Position numbers and translations under genes: made by a program | The notes under the pieces: generated by a model | Database searches by the model: none | Told to the model about the DNA's origin: nothing | Seen by the model: only the letters and a program-made list of their open reading frames with translations | Part shown: piece by piece, positions 34,890-46,800 of the stretch | Numbering within the stretch: position 1 is the stretch's first letter | Layout: each line of letters starts with the position of its first letter | DNA from: Meyerozyma guilliermondii | Taxonomy: Eukaryota | Assembly: GCA_051546255.1 (NCBI GenBank) | Contig: CP128818.1 | Coordinates: 124,001 to 188,000 of the forward strand | Direction: 5' to 3' | Length of the DNA stretch: 64,000 nucleotides

Positions 34890-36116
34890 ATGAGCATTCT
34901 GTCACGACAGATGTCAGAATCCTACTACTATTTGTCCCGAGACGACACTACCGACTTGCAATCATTCTCACCTATGTCCAAGGCTTCTGACACTACTGCT
35001 TTGATGCGTTTAGCTGGAGATTTTGACAATTCTGATAAAACAAAAATTCGAAATCGGATCCAAACTGCTCAAATATCTTCCCATTCGACTCCCTTGGCAA
35101 GGAAACAGGAAGATGGCGACGCGTACAATAAACTAGACCATTTGAGCCGGCTTTCTGGAACCAAAAATGACCCAAATAACGACCTTGAAGCTCGTTTGAA
35201 ACCACTTTTGAGGCAGGAACTCAACGGTTTCAAAGCAGAAATGGAAGCAATGATAAGAAAACAGGAACTGAAGCGACAACACACCTTTAAGGAACGTGTG
35301 GGTGCACTGTCAACGCCAATTCGTGTTGAAAACAATGAAGGTGGACTGGCTCATCATCTGCTGGGAGAGCTGCCCGGACGCAAATTTGACGTTTCGGTGC
35401 CCGATTCACCAGTAACCACGCCTCCAAACTCACACGAGTACACGAAAGAGTCATTTGGACCGTCGGCGTTTGGCCCGTCCGATTCCTTTGGGTACCCCAA
35501 TGTCACCAGTCCCAGTCCCATCAACCCTAATCCGGAAACTCCTCTAAATGAAGAACCCCATACAAACGAACGTGATGAAGCCGAGCGTCTTCGTATAGAG
35601 CTTGCGCGATTACAGGCAGAAAACCACCAGCTCCAGGCCAGAAATGTGGACTTGACATTGCATGTCAACGAATTGGAATTCGAACTTCAGAATCAGCAAA
35701 GCGTCGACATCACGAGTTCACAAATAGACATGCTGGAACTCAAGCACTCCATGCCAACCAACATAAAGCCCATAACCATAGACCTGGTTCCGCCCGAGTT
35801 TCGTAAGCACTACAAAAAGCTCAATCTTGACGTTATCGATTCCATCAGCGACATTGAGGTTCGAAACACCCTCAAAAACGTCATGCTCTCACTTCTCATT
35901 TGCGACTACCAATCACTCCCTGAAATGTCTGTGAAAATCGCAAATTATATCCGAATTACTGGTGAATTCATGGACGAAATTCACGAAAAACTCTACGATA
36001 TTCAGGGAAGTTTACGACCCTCAAGTTACCTACGTGCAGAAACGCCCGATGCCCAAGCCAGGTTTCTCCAGTGCTTGCACCAGATGTCGGACCAGATCGC
36101 GGGCCTTACTACTTGA
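34890..36116 (+). CDS. Uncharacterised coiled-coil protein with SP/TP-rich linker
   Basis: 408-aa ATG ORF with a central heptad coiled coil and helical C-terminal domain; family not recognised. Confidence 0.75.
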   Translation: MSILSRQMSESYYYLSRDDTTDLQSFSPMSKASDTTALMRLAGDFDNSDKTKIRNRIQTAQISSHSTPLARKQEDGDAYNKLDHLSRLSGTKNDPNNDLEARLKPLLRQELNGFKAEMEAMIRKQELKRQHTFKERVGALSTPIRVENNEGGLAHHLLGELPGRKFDVSVPDSPVTTPPNSHEYTKESFGPSAFGPSDSFGYPNVTSPSPINPNPETPLNEEPHTNERDEAERLRIELARLQAENHQLQARNVDLTLHVNELEFELQNQQSVDITSSQIDMLELKHSMPTNIKPITIDLVPPEFRKHYKKLNLDVIDSISDIEVRNTLKNVMLSLLICDYQSLPEMSVKIANYIRITGEFMDEIHEKLYDIQGSLRPSSYLRAETPDAQARFLQCLHQMSDQIAGLTT

Positions 36117-36513
36117 CCGCAAGTACGACGTCGTGAAGAGAATGGGCGCATGGATGTGTTACATAGGCGTATATACAGTACACCCAGACCCCTCATTTCC
36201 AATTGCTTGAGACCCCAGCGATAACAAGTGACTCTAGCCAAACAACACCAATTGGCGTACTTGCACGGTAGAGTCGCCGCAAAAATCGTCCACATCACGC
36301 GCAGAGCCTTCAGGACGGCTACTGGGACCATAATTGAATTGTGGAGTCCATAAAACCAAGTCGTTCTGAGCACCATTTTGGGATCCTACAGTAGAGGTTT
36401 TTCTACATTTGGAAGCCCACAATTTAGAAACCGGTGCTATAGCATTTAGGAGCCGCTGCTACAACAAGTTGTAAAATCTCGCAAACCGTTCATCTTTATC
36501 CAACGGAATACCG

Positions 36514-38697
36514 ATGAACAAACAAAGTATGAGTGGACATCGGCGTCCTATGAGATCTAAGAATGTGAAGAACCGCCCCAAATCCAGCCAGGAACCAGAA
36601 AAACCACGTACTGAGCCCGATACACCGTTGGAGCGCGATAAAAAGCCGCCAAGTGAAACTGGTGGTCGTCGACAGAGCCTGAATCCCACCAACTTCTTGT
36701 TCAACCCAGGCCGTCAAGACTCCATAGTTTCGCTCCTCAACAACTACCAAACCAACGGCGCAGCAAGTGCTTCCGGAGCTAGTGGTCTGGGCCCCATGTC
36801 GGCTGGTTCCGACCAGTTGGGAGGTGCTGTTTCTGGTGAAGCAGGAGTTCGAGATCAGCCCAGCTATTATATGAACCACAGGGACCTGGTGATGTACCCA
36901 CAACCGGAGAATGTTCGACCACGTAGCGACAGTGTTTTTCTTCCTCCGCCGCTCGGGCTCTCCCGAAACGACGAGAGTGTGCTGTACCAGCCAAGAAACA
37001 ATAGTATATTCAGTTCGATGATCCAAATACCCAGCGAACGATCTAGCGAAAGAGGCTCCGCGGGCGGGCCTGATTTTGATTGGAGACAGCAGCCACCACA
37101 GCAGACTGGTCAACAGAGCCAGCAGAATCAGCAGAACGAACGGCGCAGCTCCAAACCTTCTTTCGACATGTCTCTCTGGGAGAGCCTAAATGTCCCAGGC
37201 GGGTCTATTGCGGGTTTGCCCATTTCCAGTGGCAGTCTCAGCGGAATTTTGGCTGGAATAAATAACGGAAGCATCGATTTTACCAACATGACAAACGCGG
37301 AGCGCCGTGACTCGATCTTAAAACTCTTGGAACAAACGCCAGACCAACTGCAGGTTCGTCCTAAACCACAAGGAGGAGCTGCCAACCTCAAAGAAGACAT
37401 TTTCTCCAACCGCAAGGTGAAACACGACGATGTGTCAGACAACGTAGCTCCCGATCTGATCTCACCGGTTTCCTCAGGATCCGCCAAATCGATCTATAAG
37501 GACGAGCCCCAATCGCCAGGAAGTTCTCCTCAGTTTACCATGAGAAATGGACCTCAACCACAGACTACTCAGCTACGAAACCTTCAGCCTCAATATTCAA
37601 ACCAGGTGTACAACCAAACCGTCAACCAGTTTCCCAACCAAAACATAGTTCCCAATGCCCACATGCGCCGTCAGCAGCAACCACCTCAAAATGTGCCCGC
37701 AAACATATCCGGTCAGGGCTTTCAGAACCAACAACCTATAGGCTTAGATCTTGAAGATTACAGGCGATTCCAGCCGTATCCCTACCAGACAGATAACGTT
37801 CTCATGGACAAAAAGCCAGGGGACCAGAAGGAGATTCCGGCTCAACAATTGGTCAAATCAGAAGACGGCCATCCATTATTGGGAGCCACTAAGGTCGACC
37901 AGTTGATGCTTGTACTTCAAGCTAGAGATAAAGGCAATACCAAGGAGATCCGCCGTGCTCCTGACGGCAGTATTCTCGTGCCTGGCGAAGGAGCAGACTC
38001 TGTTGTACCTGAACCGGTTTCGCTAGTAGGCGGTTTAGATCGTCATCAGGGTGCAAAAGATGAGCTTCACGACGAAGACGACCACTCTGGAAAAGGGAAA
38101 AAGAAAACCAAGGCACAAGAATGTCCATACTGTCATAAAACCTTCACCCAATCTACCCATTTAGAGGTCCACGTTCGGTCCCACATTGGATACAAGCCGT
38201 ATGAGTGCACTTATTGTCACAAGAGATTCACTCAGGGAGGAAACTTGCGGACACATTTGAGACTACACACTGGTGAGAAGCCATTTGTTTGCGATATATG
38301 CAAAAGATCCTTTTCCAGAAAAGGTAATTTGGAAATGCACAAGTTGACCCATGAAAAACTTAAACCATTTCAGTGCAAATTGGATGATTGTGGTAAATCT
38401 TTCACTCAACTAGGCAACTTGAAATCCCACCAGAATCGATTCCACCTCGAAACACTAAACATGCTAACGAAAAAAGTCGCAGAATTAAGCGGTGCCTCGA
38501 TTGAAAAGCTTCCTCAAGAAGAAAGGGACCTTCTTAATTATTTCAAAGATTTGTACAAAAATTCCAATAAGGGAATTAGAGGCAGAGGAAAGCGAACCCC
38601 AGTACCAGATAACAATAAGCTTGCATCTGCCCCGGTGGGTGGTCTTACCAATGTTCAGTTTCAAGATGGCGTGTACGATATGAACCCATACCAATAA
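36514..38697 (+). CDS. AZF1: C2H2 zinc-finger transcription factor with Q/N-rich region
   Basis: Four fingers (CPYCHKTFTQSTHLEVHVRSHIGYKP...FTQLGNLKSHQNRFH) and KNSNKGIRGRGK, typical of Azf1; LGATKVDQLMLV motif. Confidence 0.88.
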   Translation: MNKQSMSGHRRPMRSKNVKNRPKSSQEPEKPRTEPDTPLERDKKPPSETGGRRQSLNPTNFLFNPGRQDSIVSLLNNYQTNGAASASGASGLGPMSAGSDQLGGAVSGEAGVRDQPSYYMNHRDLVMYPQPENVRPRSDSVFLPPPLGLSRNDESVLYQPRNNSIFSSMIQIPSERSSERGSAGGPDFDWRQQPPQQTGQQSQQNQQNERRSSKPSFDMSLWESLNVPGGSIAGLPISSGSLSGILAGINNGSIDFTNMTNAERRDSILKLLEQTPDQLQVRPKPQGGAANLKEDIFSNRKVKHDDVSDNVAPDLISPVSSGSAKSIYKDEPQSPGSSPQFTMRNGPQPQTTQLRNLQPQYSNQVYNQTVNQFPNQNIVPNAHMRRQQQPPQNVPANISGQGFQNQQPIGLDLEDYRRFQPYPYQTDNVLMDKKPGDQKEIPAQQLVKSEDGHPLLGATKVDQLMLVLQARDKGNTKEIRRAPDGSILVPGEGADSVVPEPVSLVGGLDRHQGAKDELHDEDDHSGKGKKKTKAQECPYCHKTFTQSTHLEVHVRSHIGYKPYECTYCHKRFTQGGNLRTHLRLHTGEKPFVCDICKRSFSRKGNLEMHKLTHEKLKPFQCKLDDCGKSFTQLGNLKSHQNRFHLETLNMLTKKVAELSGASIEKLPQEERDLLNYFKDLYKNSNKGIRGRGKRTPVPDNNKLASAPVGGLTNVQFQDGVYDMNPYQ

Positions 38698-39496
38698 TCG
38701 GTACATTTGATACGATTATTTGATAAATGACAGAGTTCAAGGACCTACGAGACGAAGCTATAAATGATACGATTACTCAAGACAAAGACGAAATTACGTT
38801 ATGGCCAATGACCAAGAAAGATTCCGATATGATGATTCAAGATCTTTGATCTGAGGCCATGAAAATCTGAATGGTAGCCAGTCGCATCGCAAAGTTCTTG
38901 AACCCCTTTATGCATGTTCTAGATCAACGCAAAGCAATGAATACAAATAATGAATGAACATCTTTAAAATGTAACTCTCTTGAATGTATTCCTCGGCATC
39001 AATGCGAATACGTCAAATCTGCAGGGGCAGGAGCGGCTCAGCAGGTGAACGGACAAACGGGAGATATGCAGGAAGGAGATGATGGAAGGATATTGCTTTA
39101 TTTCACCCCAAGATGGACGAAATTCTGCCAGATTTTGGATATGTATGCTGTCGCTTTATATAAGGTAATTGTCAGCTTTTGACTCGATTCTAGTACCTTT
39201 TCATCTCTCAAATCATTGCATTGTTTCCATGACACAGCCGTTCAAATGCGCCTTATCTGCAGTCCGAGATAATCAAAACAGCGCCGGAACATTTTTTTGT
39301 TCCTTTCTTCAAAGCGCAACTTACGACCAAGTTCCCGATTTTTCGCTAGGGATAACAGGGATTACTAATAAAGCAATCCTTTGCATCCAGGATTGGTTTC
39401 TAGTGGTTTTTTCTCCATTGAGCTTTATTTGCGATCTGGCATATTTTGCCTTGCTAAAGTTTAAATTCCCGATTTTTTAGCGAGAAATTTGTTATA

Positions 39497-42076
39497 ATGG
39501 CCAGTACAACTCAGACATCGACATCGGCGGTGATCACCACGCTTGTGGCTAACCTTATTTTTTTCGGAGTGTTTGTTACTTGCTTTCTTCTTTTGAGGCT
39601 CAAATTCAAAAGAATATACTCTCCCAAAAGTTCCTATGATCTTGTTCCCGAAGATAAAAGACCTGAACCACTCCCAGTGGATCCCTTTAGATGGATCTAT
39701 ATTCTTTTGACCAAACCTCATACTTTCATAATTCAGCACTGTGGACTCGATGGATACCTTTTCTTGAGGTACTTGTTGGTACTTGCTTCGTGTTTCATTT
39801 TTGGCATGTTGATGTACATGGTTTTGTTGCCCATTAATGCTGCTAATGGTGCGGGGCACGAAGGGTTTGATCAGCTTTCGATTTCCAACGTAAAACACAA
39901 AGGTAGGTACTATGCTCATGTTTTCGTAGGATGGGCATTCTACGGTGGAATTGTGTTTGTTATTTACAGAGAGCTCTTCTTTTTCAACTCGTTGCGTTCA
40001 GCGGCGATTTCCAGTCCTAAAAACGCTTCCAAGGTGTCGGCAAGAACAGTTTTGTTTCAAAGTGTTCCAAACCCATTGCTTGACGAAAAGCAGTTTTACA
40101 AGCTTTTCAACGGCGTGAAGAGAATCTATGTTGCGAGAACCTCCAGAAAATTGGAGAGCTCTGTGAGAAGAAGAGAAGCATTGTGTATGAAGCTCGAGGC
40201 TGCCGAGAACAAACTCTTGAAGACGGCTATGAAAGCCAAATTGAAAGCCGACAAGAAAGGAACTCCCATTGAGGGCACAGACATAAACTCCTACGTTCCC
40301 GAAAAGAAGAGACCAAGACACAAGGCGGGAGGCTTTTTTTCAAAGAAAGTCGATACAATCAACTATTGTCTTGAGGAAATCCCCAAAATTGATGCCAAGG
40401 TCAAAGAGTTACAGAAAGACTACCGTTCATCGAAAGTCAAAAATTCCATTTTCGTCGAGTTTGAAGACCAGTATACCGCTCAGTTGGCGTACCAATCAGC
40501 CACCTACCACAATCCTTTGAGAATGAGCCCTGCTACCACTAATGTTGAACCGGCGGAGATCTACTGGCCCAACATGAGAATGTACTGGTGGGAACAGATA
40601 TTTAGAAGATTCACATCAATTGGTTTTATTACGGCACTTGTGATCTTTTGGGCTATTCCTGTGGCTTTTGTGGGTGTGATTTCCAACATTACTTATTTGA
40701 CAAACAAGTTGCCATGGTTACGTTGGATCTTGAACTTGCCAGACCAGCTTCTAGGCTTGGTGACTGGTCTTTTGCCCACTATCATGTTAGCTATCTTGAT
40801 GGCATTACTACCGATTTTCATTCGTCACATGGCTAAGGTTGCCGGAGCCGTATCACTCCAGCAAATTGAATTGTTCACTCAAAGCGCTTACTTTGGCTTT
40901 TTAATCATCAACTCGTTCTTGGTCATCACCATTGCATCGTCTGCTACATCCGTCGTTACGCAAATTATAGACAAGCCGCTGTCTGCCATGTCGTTGTTGG
41001 CGAACAATTTACCAAAGGCTTCAAATTTCTACATTTCCTACGTTATTTTGCAAGGCTTGTCCATTAGCAGTGCTTCTTTGTTTCAAGTTGTTGGATTGTT
41101 CTTGTACTACATCTTGGGTGCCATAATGGACTCTACCGTACGGAAAAAGTGGGGCAGATTTGAAGGTTTGGGAGCTCCTGGATGGGGAACCACCTTCCCA
41201 GTCTACACCAATATTGCCTGTATTGTGTTTGCATACTCAGTTATTTCGCCGTTGATTTTGGCTTTTGCTACAGTTGCGTTTTTGTTGGTCTACATTGCAT
41301 TCGCTTATAACTTGTCTTACGTCAATATCGAGGCTCCAGAGACTTATGGACTCCACTACCCACGGGCGTTGTTCCAGACTTTCACCGGTATATACTTGGG
41401 ACAAGTTTGTATGCTTGGTATATTTGCGGTTGGTAAAGGTTGGGGCCCCATTGTGTTGCAAGCCATTGGCATTGGAATGACTGTCTTTGCCCATATTAAC
41501 CTCAATCAAGCATTCGACCACTTGATTCATGTGGTTCCACTCGATTGTATGAGGCCATTAGATGGTGTTTCCAACACTGCTTCATTCAAAGGTACGAGTG
41601 AGTACCAAGAAAAGGTGTTAAGCAAGAGAAAACGTCACCACCAGCTCCACAAGGAACTTCAAAGAGAAGAAGAAAAACACCTCGAAGTTAAAGATGGACT
41701 CGCTGGAGAAGATGTCTTTGCTGATGCGAATGAACATTCCATCGTTCCTCTTATAGCAGACAGAGACTTCAAGAGTACAGCCAAACACAACTTTTTGATT
41801 CGTTTCTTCCGTCCTGACATCTACATGAACTACAGACTGGCCAAACTGTTATTACCTGCCACCTACAATGTTGAAGCTGAAATAGCTCCAAACAAACATG
41901 CATACGACATGCCTAGTGTCACGGCGCAAAAACCAACATTGTGGATTCCTAGAGACCCTATGGGCTTATCTAGGGTGCAAGTGGAGGAGCTTTCCAAGGT
42001 GGTTGACGTTACCGATGAAAACGCCGGCTTTAGCGACAAAGGAAAGATTATCTATTTGGGAAAGCCACCATTTTAG
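39497..42076 (+). CDS. RSN1: OSCA/TMEM63 (CSC1) family membrane channel
   Basis: GLDGYLFLRY, IFWAIPVAFVG, LPKASNFYISY, YPRALFQ; upstream of PPA2 as in S. cerevisiae. Confidence 0.85.
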   Translation: MASTTQTSTSAVITTLVANLIFFGVFVTCFLLLRLKFKRIYSPKSSYDLVPEDKRPEPLPVDPFRWIYILLTKPHTFIIQHCGLDGYLFLRYLLVLASCFIFGMLMYMVLLPINAANGAGHEGFDQLSISNVKHKGRYYAHVFVGWAFYGGIVFVIYRELFFFNSLRSAAISSPKNASKVSARTVLFQSVPNPLLDEKQFYKLFNGVKRIYVARTSRKLESSVRRREALCMKLEAAENKLLKTAMKAKLKADKKGTPIEGTDINSYVPEKKRPRHKAGGFFSKKVDTINYCLEEIPKIDAKVKELQKDYRSSKVKNSIFVEFEDQYTAQLAYQSATYHNPLRMSPATTNVEPAEIYWPNMRMYWWEQIFRRFTSIGFITALVIFWAIPVAFVGVISNITYLTNKLPWLRWILNLPDQLLGLVTGLLPTIMLAILMALLPIFIRHMAKVAGAVSLQQIELFTQSAYFGFLIINSFLVITIASSATSVVTQIIDKPLSAMSLLANNLPKASNFYISYVILQGLSISSASLFQVVGLFLYYILGAIMDSTVRKKWGRFEGLGAPGWGTTFPVYTNIACIVFAYSVISPLILAFATVAFLLVYIAFAYNLSYVNIEAPETYGLHYPRALFQTFTGIYLGQVCMLGIFAVGKGWGPIVLQAIGIGMTVFAHINLNQAFDHLIHVVPLDCMRPLDGVSNTASFKGTSEYQEKVLSKRKRHHQLHKELQREEEKHLEVKDGLAGEDVFADANEHSIVPLIADRDFKSTAKHNFLIRFFRPDIYMNYRLAKLLLPATYNVEAEIAPNKHAYDMPSVTAQKPTLWIPRDPMGLSRVQVEELSKVVDVTDENAGFSDKGKIIYLGKPPF

Positions 42077-42099
42077 CCACAATAATGGGCTAATCATTA

Positions 42100-42312
42100 A
42101 TTGCTACTAATTGCTACTATTGCTACTCATTGCTACTAATTGCTATTTGCTATTCCATTGCTACTGATCACGGACTACCCTCTCATTACCTTTTGCTATT
42201 CTCTCTCGATGTCTTGCTATTCTCGCTGCCCTCTCGCTATTTTCTCGCGCTCTCTCGCTATTTCTCGCTATTTCCCGCTGTGTCTCGCTAGTCCTATTTT
42301 TCTCGCTATTTC
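42100..42312. repeat. Two short degenerate tandem arrays: (ATTGCTACT) then (CTCGCTATTT)
   Basis: Visible repeats between the RSN1 stop and the PPA2 start. Confidence 0.7.
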
Positions 42313-42369
42313 GCACCTCGGCCCACACTCATCGCAGAATCACGAGCAGCGGGGTAGAGCCGAGGAATC

Positions 42370-43380
42370 ATGGTACGGCTGTTGCGTTTCAACACATTTC
42401 GCTCGTTTTTGAACATGAGTGGAAACTCAAGACTTCAGCTCCTTCACCAGCATCTTTCCATAAAACCACACAGATGTGTTGCGACAGATTCAAGGGCATC
42501 GCAGTTTGGAGAACCGACAATTGTTAGTGTCGATGTTGGGAGCAAATACAGTGCTACGTATCGCAAATACGCTGCTGATGATACTGGAAAAATACTCTCG
42601 TACTTTCATGACGTTCCGCTAGGATTCGATGCCTCTAAGAAAACTGCCAATATGGTGGTGGAGGTGCCTCGATGGTCCAATGCCAAGTTTGAAATCAGCA
42701 CGGAGTTGGATGGGAATCCCATAGTGCAAGACGTGAAGAATAACGTGGTTCGATTTGTCCGCAACTTGTTTCCTTATCATGGCTATATTCACAATTATGG
42801 TGCTTTTCCGCAGACATGGGAAGACAACACAACCAAGCATAAAGATACTGGATTATACGGCGACAACGATCCATTGGACGTTTGCGAGATCGGATCGAAT
42901 GTTCTTGAGATTGGTACTGTCAAAAGAGTGAAAATTTTGGGCTGTTTGGCACTTATTGACGACGGAGAGTTGGACTGGAAAGTCATTGTCATTGATGTTG
43001 AAGACGAATTGGCACCTCAGCTCAATTCCATAGAAGACGTCGAATCAGTGTGTCCTGGACTCTTGGAGGGAACCAGACAGTGGTTTAGAGACTACAAGTT
43101 GGCCGACAAAAAACCACACAACAAATTTGCATTCAATGGACGGTATCTTCTGGCCGAAGAGGCACTCGAAGTTGTGGGTGAATGTCATTCTGCATGGGAA
43201 AAGTTGATAGGAGGTGAAGTAAAAAGCAAAGGAGATGAGATATCGCTCCGCAACACCACACAGAAAGAGACTCCAGAGTACGCACCGGAGTTTTCTCAAG
43301 AAGAGCTTATAAGTCCTGCGATGCCCGACACAGCGATTCCGCCCGAAATCAGCAAGAGCCACTTTTTTCCGAGGAGCTGA
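42370..43380 (+). CDS. PPA2: Mitochondrial inorganic pyrophosphatase
   Basis: Arg-rich presequence; EVPRWSNAKFEI, NYGAFPQTWE, GDNDPLD, DDGELDWK. Confidence 0.92.
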   Translation: MVRLLRFNTFRSFLNMSGNSRLQLLHQHLSIKPHRCVATDSRASQFGEPTIVSVDVGSKYSATYRKYAADDTGKILSYFHDVPLGFDASKKTANMVVEVPRWSNAKFEISTELDGNPIVQDVKNNVVRFVRNLFPYHGYIHNYGAFPQTWEDNTTKHKDTGLYGDNDPLDVCEIGSNVLEIGTVKRVKILGCLALIDDGELDWKVIVIDVEDELAPQLNSIEDVESVCPGLLEGTRQWFRDYKLADKKPHNKFAFNGRYLLAEEALEVVGECHSAWEKLIGGEVKSKGDEISLRNTTQKETPEYAPEFSQEELISPAMPDTAIPPEISKSHFFPRS

Positions 43381-43766
43381 AGAAGAAAAGGAAGAGGAAC
43401 ATACTCTGAACTGAAGACAAAGAGGAAAGACTAGACCCTGAACAGACAAAGAGGGCAGAACAGACTCTATACAGAAGAACAGACTGTGAGCAGAAGCTGT
43501 TTGAATGGAGAAAAAGTTTGAAACCAGAGATTGAGTTCAATATAGAAAGCAATAGAACTCGACCAGCTTCCTCAATTCAATTGAGCTCTATACCACCATT
43601 GGAAGTCGCTACTGACTTCTACGCTTTCCTATACATAGTACCCAACATATACCTAAAGACTTATTTTCATACCTCATTAACCATTTCTTTCTCTCTACTG
43701 TTATGTCTGTTCTTCTTCAGTTTTCTCTCTCCCATGCTTTTTCTCTCCCACACTTCTCATTTCATT

Positions 43767-43820
43767 CTCACTTAATCTCACTTAATCTCACTTAATCTCA
43801 CTTATTCTCACTCAATCTCA
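43767..43820. repeat. (CTCACTTAAT)n 10-bp tandem repeat, about 5 copies
   Basis: ctcacttaat x3 followed by ctcacttatt and ctcactcaat. Confidence 0.8.
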
Positions 43821-43879
43821 ATCTTCTCACTGAACTTCTCTTCTCATTTTCGCATTTTCCAGTAAACAACTCATCTCGT

Positions 43880-46800
43880 ATGGCACCCACGGCAGTCCCA
43901 CGAACCACCTCCAACCCCAAACTGGTGGTTTCCCTCAAGCCAATCCAGCCTATTCAACTATGGACGTTCGACGGAGTGCTTTCCTTGCTCCGAGCTGGCC
44001 AATCTCAATATGTACTTGATGCCGTGGACGAGTTTCTTCTTTTGAATTCTGCCATTCTCAAGAGTAGTTCACCATTTGCTGTTGAAACAAAGCAAATTCT
44101 CAACAAGAAACAGAAAGAGTTCTCACTTAGAGAGGTTTTGTACTCAGGAGCCTCAGAAAAAAATATGGACGACGCCGAATCATTGGCACGATTGCTTCTG
44201 GTTGACGCCAAAGAAGCATTGAGAATTATCGTTCAGACCAGTAATAGGATGCCTGAAGCCCACTCCGACACCGAAAAGGTGAAATCCAAACTCCCAGACG
44301 ATAGCGTGAGCCACAAACAGCAACAACGACTCCAGCTCTATGTGTCCAGAATTCTTCGGGAAAGACGTACGGTGCTTCATGTGGTCATCGAGTTGCTCAA
44401 TAACAAATCGAACCCTTCTGTTTCTTCTGCGGTTCAAAATCTTGGTCGGGATTTGTATCTTTCGACAAATTATTGCTCGTCTATGATATCCACCATTGGT
44501 TCTCTCATCGACACAATTCAAGAAAAAGGACCTAGCTCAGAAAACGATATCAATAACATCATCTACTCGGAGTCGGTTGCTACTCTCATAGTATCGCTTA
44601 AAGTAGTGGTGGAGTTGGTAACTCAAAATGGAAGCATAGACAACAATTTGGCCATTTCATGGTTCAAACTCATGCGCTCGACCAACTTTATGAGCATTCT
44701 TGCCTCGTCCATTCGTGAGTCTGAGTCTTTCATGGTAATAGAATCGATTTCAACCGCCATATCGGTAGTTCTTCTTGATCTTATTGATACAAATTCAGTC
44801 TTCGATGCATCCCAACCAAACCATCTCGAACCGTCCAAATTCCAAGAGATTAACACCATAATATCCGCCTCATCCAACCACAATACAATTATCATCTTCT
44901 ACTGGTCGATAATACTATACAAAAAGCAGATTTACCTTGAAGAAACCAGCAGCACCAATTCAGAAAATGCTTTAACCAACATATTCTCTTCGGAGATTGT
45001 ACCTTCTCTTCACACTCTCCAGGCCAGATGTGAAGGCGTATACCAACAGATTAGCACCACAGCAGAAATCTTACGTTTCGATAACATATTCGCTGCCATC
45101 CTTTCGAATGTTCTTATTGCTGCTATTCCACTCGTTTCTATGACACCTGAAGTCTCAAAATGTATTCAAGAAGTATTGAAAAGTGCTCCAAGAGGCATGA
45201 TCCAAAAGTTTTTCGAGGACCCATCCGTCCAACAAGCACTCATAATAACTCGCGCAAAGTTTCCGTTACTGTTGTCTCCATATATAAACCTTGCGGGTGT
45301 TAGTGGCACTTTTGCATTCAACGAATTCAATGAGCTTAAATCTTACATGTCCTTGTTCAAGAGGGATGAATTTGAAATGCTTACTGAGATTGACGACGAG
45401 AACACTGAACTTGTAAAGTTATCTCAGACGGTTGATATATTTCCTCCATTTGAACAGAACAAGAAGTTATCTTTACTAATGGGACTTGAAACAAAAGCCA
45501 AGGTTATACCTGCTGCAAATGAAGACGAGGTGCTTGCTACGTTCTTGTACAAGTTCAATGGTTGGTCATTTTTGGGCCGTGTTCTTCAAAACTTATCGAA
45601 GAACTTTGATTTTACCGACCGAGAGAAGGTGGACACGATTGTGGATATTATGAGTATGCTTACAAAAGTCGTTGGTGAAGTTTCAGTAGAAGACAGCAAG
45701 CATGCGCTCACGTCTATGTCAGCATACACAGACGATTCGGACGTTCTTGAGGTGATTTTCAGGTTATTTGAGCAAAGTTTACACAGCAGAAACATTCGGA
45801 TGATAGAGTCAATCCTTAACTTGCTCACACAATTGGTACCCATATTCTCGTATCGCATATGGCCTGCTTTCTCAAAGTCTGCCTTATTATTTGATGGCAC
45901 ACGAGAGGGTTTTGCAACGGTTATTTTTGGGTCCATCGAAATGGTCAATGGTGACTTTAGGCTTACCATTGCCCTTGCAAAGTTGACGGATGCGTTAGTG
46001 TACGACTGTTTGACGTTGGACAATGCTGTTCCTTCCAAAGTTAAGGAAGCAGTTCTCAAAAAATTGGTGAGCCATTTGATTGCAGTCATGGAAAGTTACG
46101 CTCAGTGTAACTTTAGAAGCTTTCAGCAGAAGATGGAGACCGGAGTCATATTATTGGACGCTTTCAGAGGTATTTTAGCTTCTGTCTACGGTATTCACCA
46201 CCATGGAAAGACAGCCAAAGACAACGTTTTGATTGCTACTTTGGTTCCAGCTGCAGAAACACTCCTTTCAACTTTCACAAACCAAGCATATGGCTCTGCC
46301 CGTTCATTCTACCCAATCATTTCCATGATCGAGTCGCTTTCTGATGGTTTAACTCAATATGAACTTTTGGATTGCCTGTCGTTCTGGTACTTGAATTGGA
46401 TCCAGTGCTCGTTATCGTTTGCACAGCTTGTGATTTCCATACGGACTTCGTTACGTTTGCCAGTCAGTCCCTTCGAGATCGCCATGTTTCAAAGATTGCC
46501 AGATCTTGTGAGTGCGTATGCCTCTTACGAGTGTCTTGGAAATGACATTTTGAATACTCTCACCGCCTTAGCAAACGGTCTGAATTCAGGAACTCAGGAC
46601 GCTGGATCGAGGCTCTCAATGCTATCTCACTTGGGTCGTGAACACTCGAAATCTCTTCGTGCTTCCCTCATATCGGATCTCGAAAACCTGCTTGACGACC
46701 ATGCGATAAAGATATCCTTGTACGATTTCATTTGCGCTGTCATGGGTGGACGTCAAGAGGGACTAGCAGTACTTCTTAGTGGTCGCAATGTTTTTGGGGA

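Noticed and set aside
38829..38870. ATGATGA...CTGA boxes suggesting a C/D snoRNA
   Set aside because: Span of about 42 nt is too short, and no guide sequence is identifiable.
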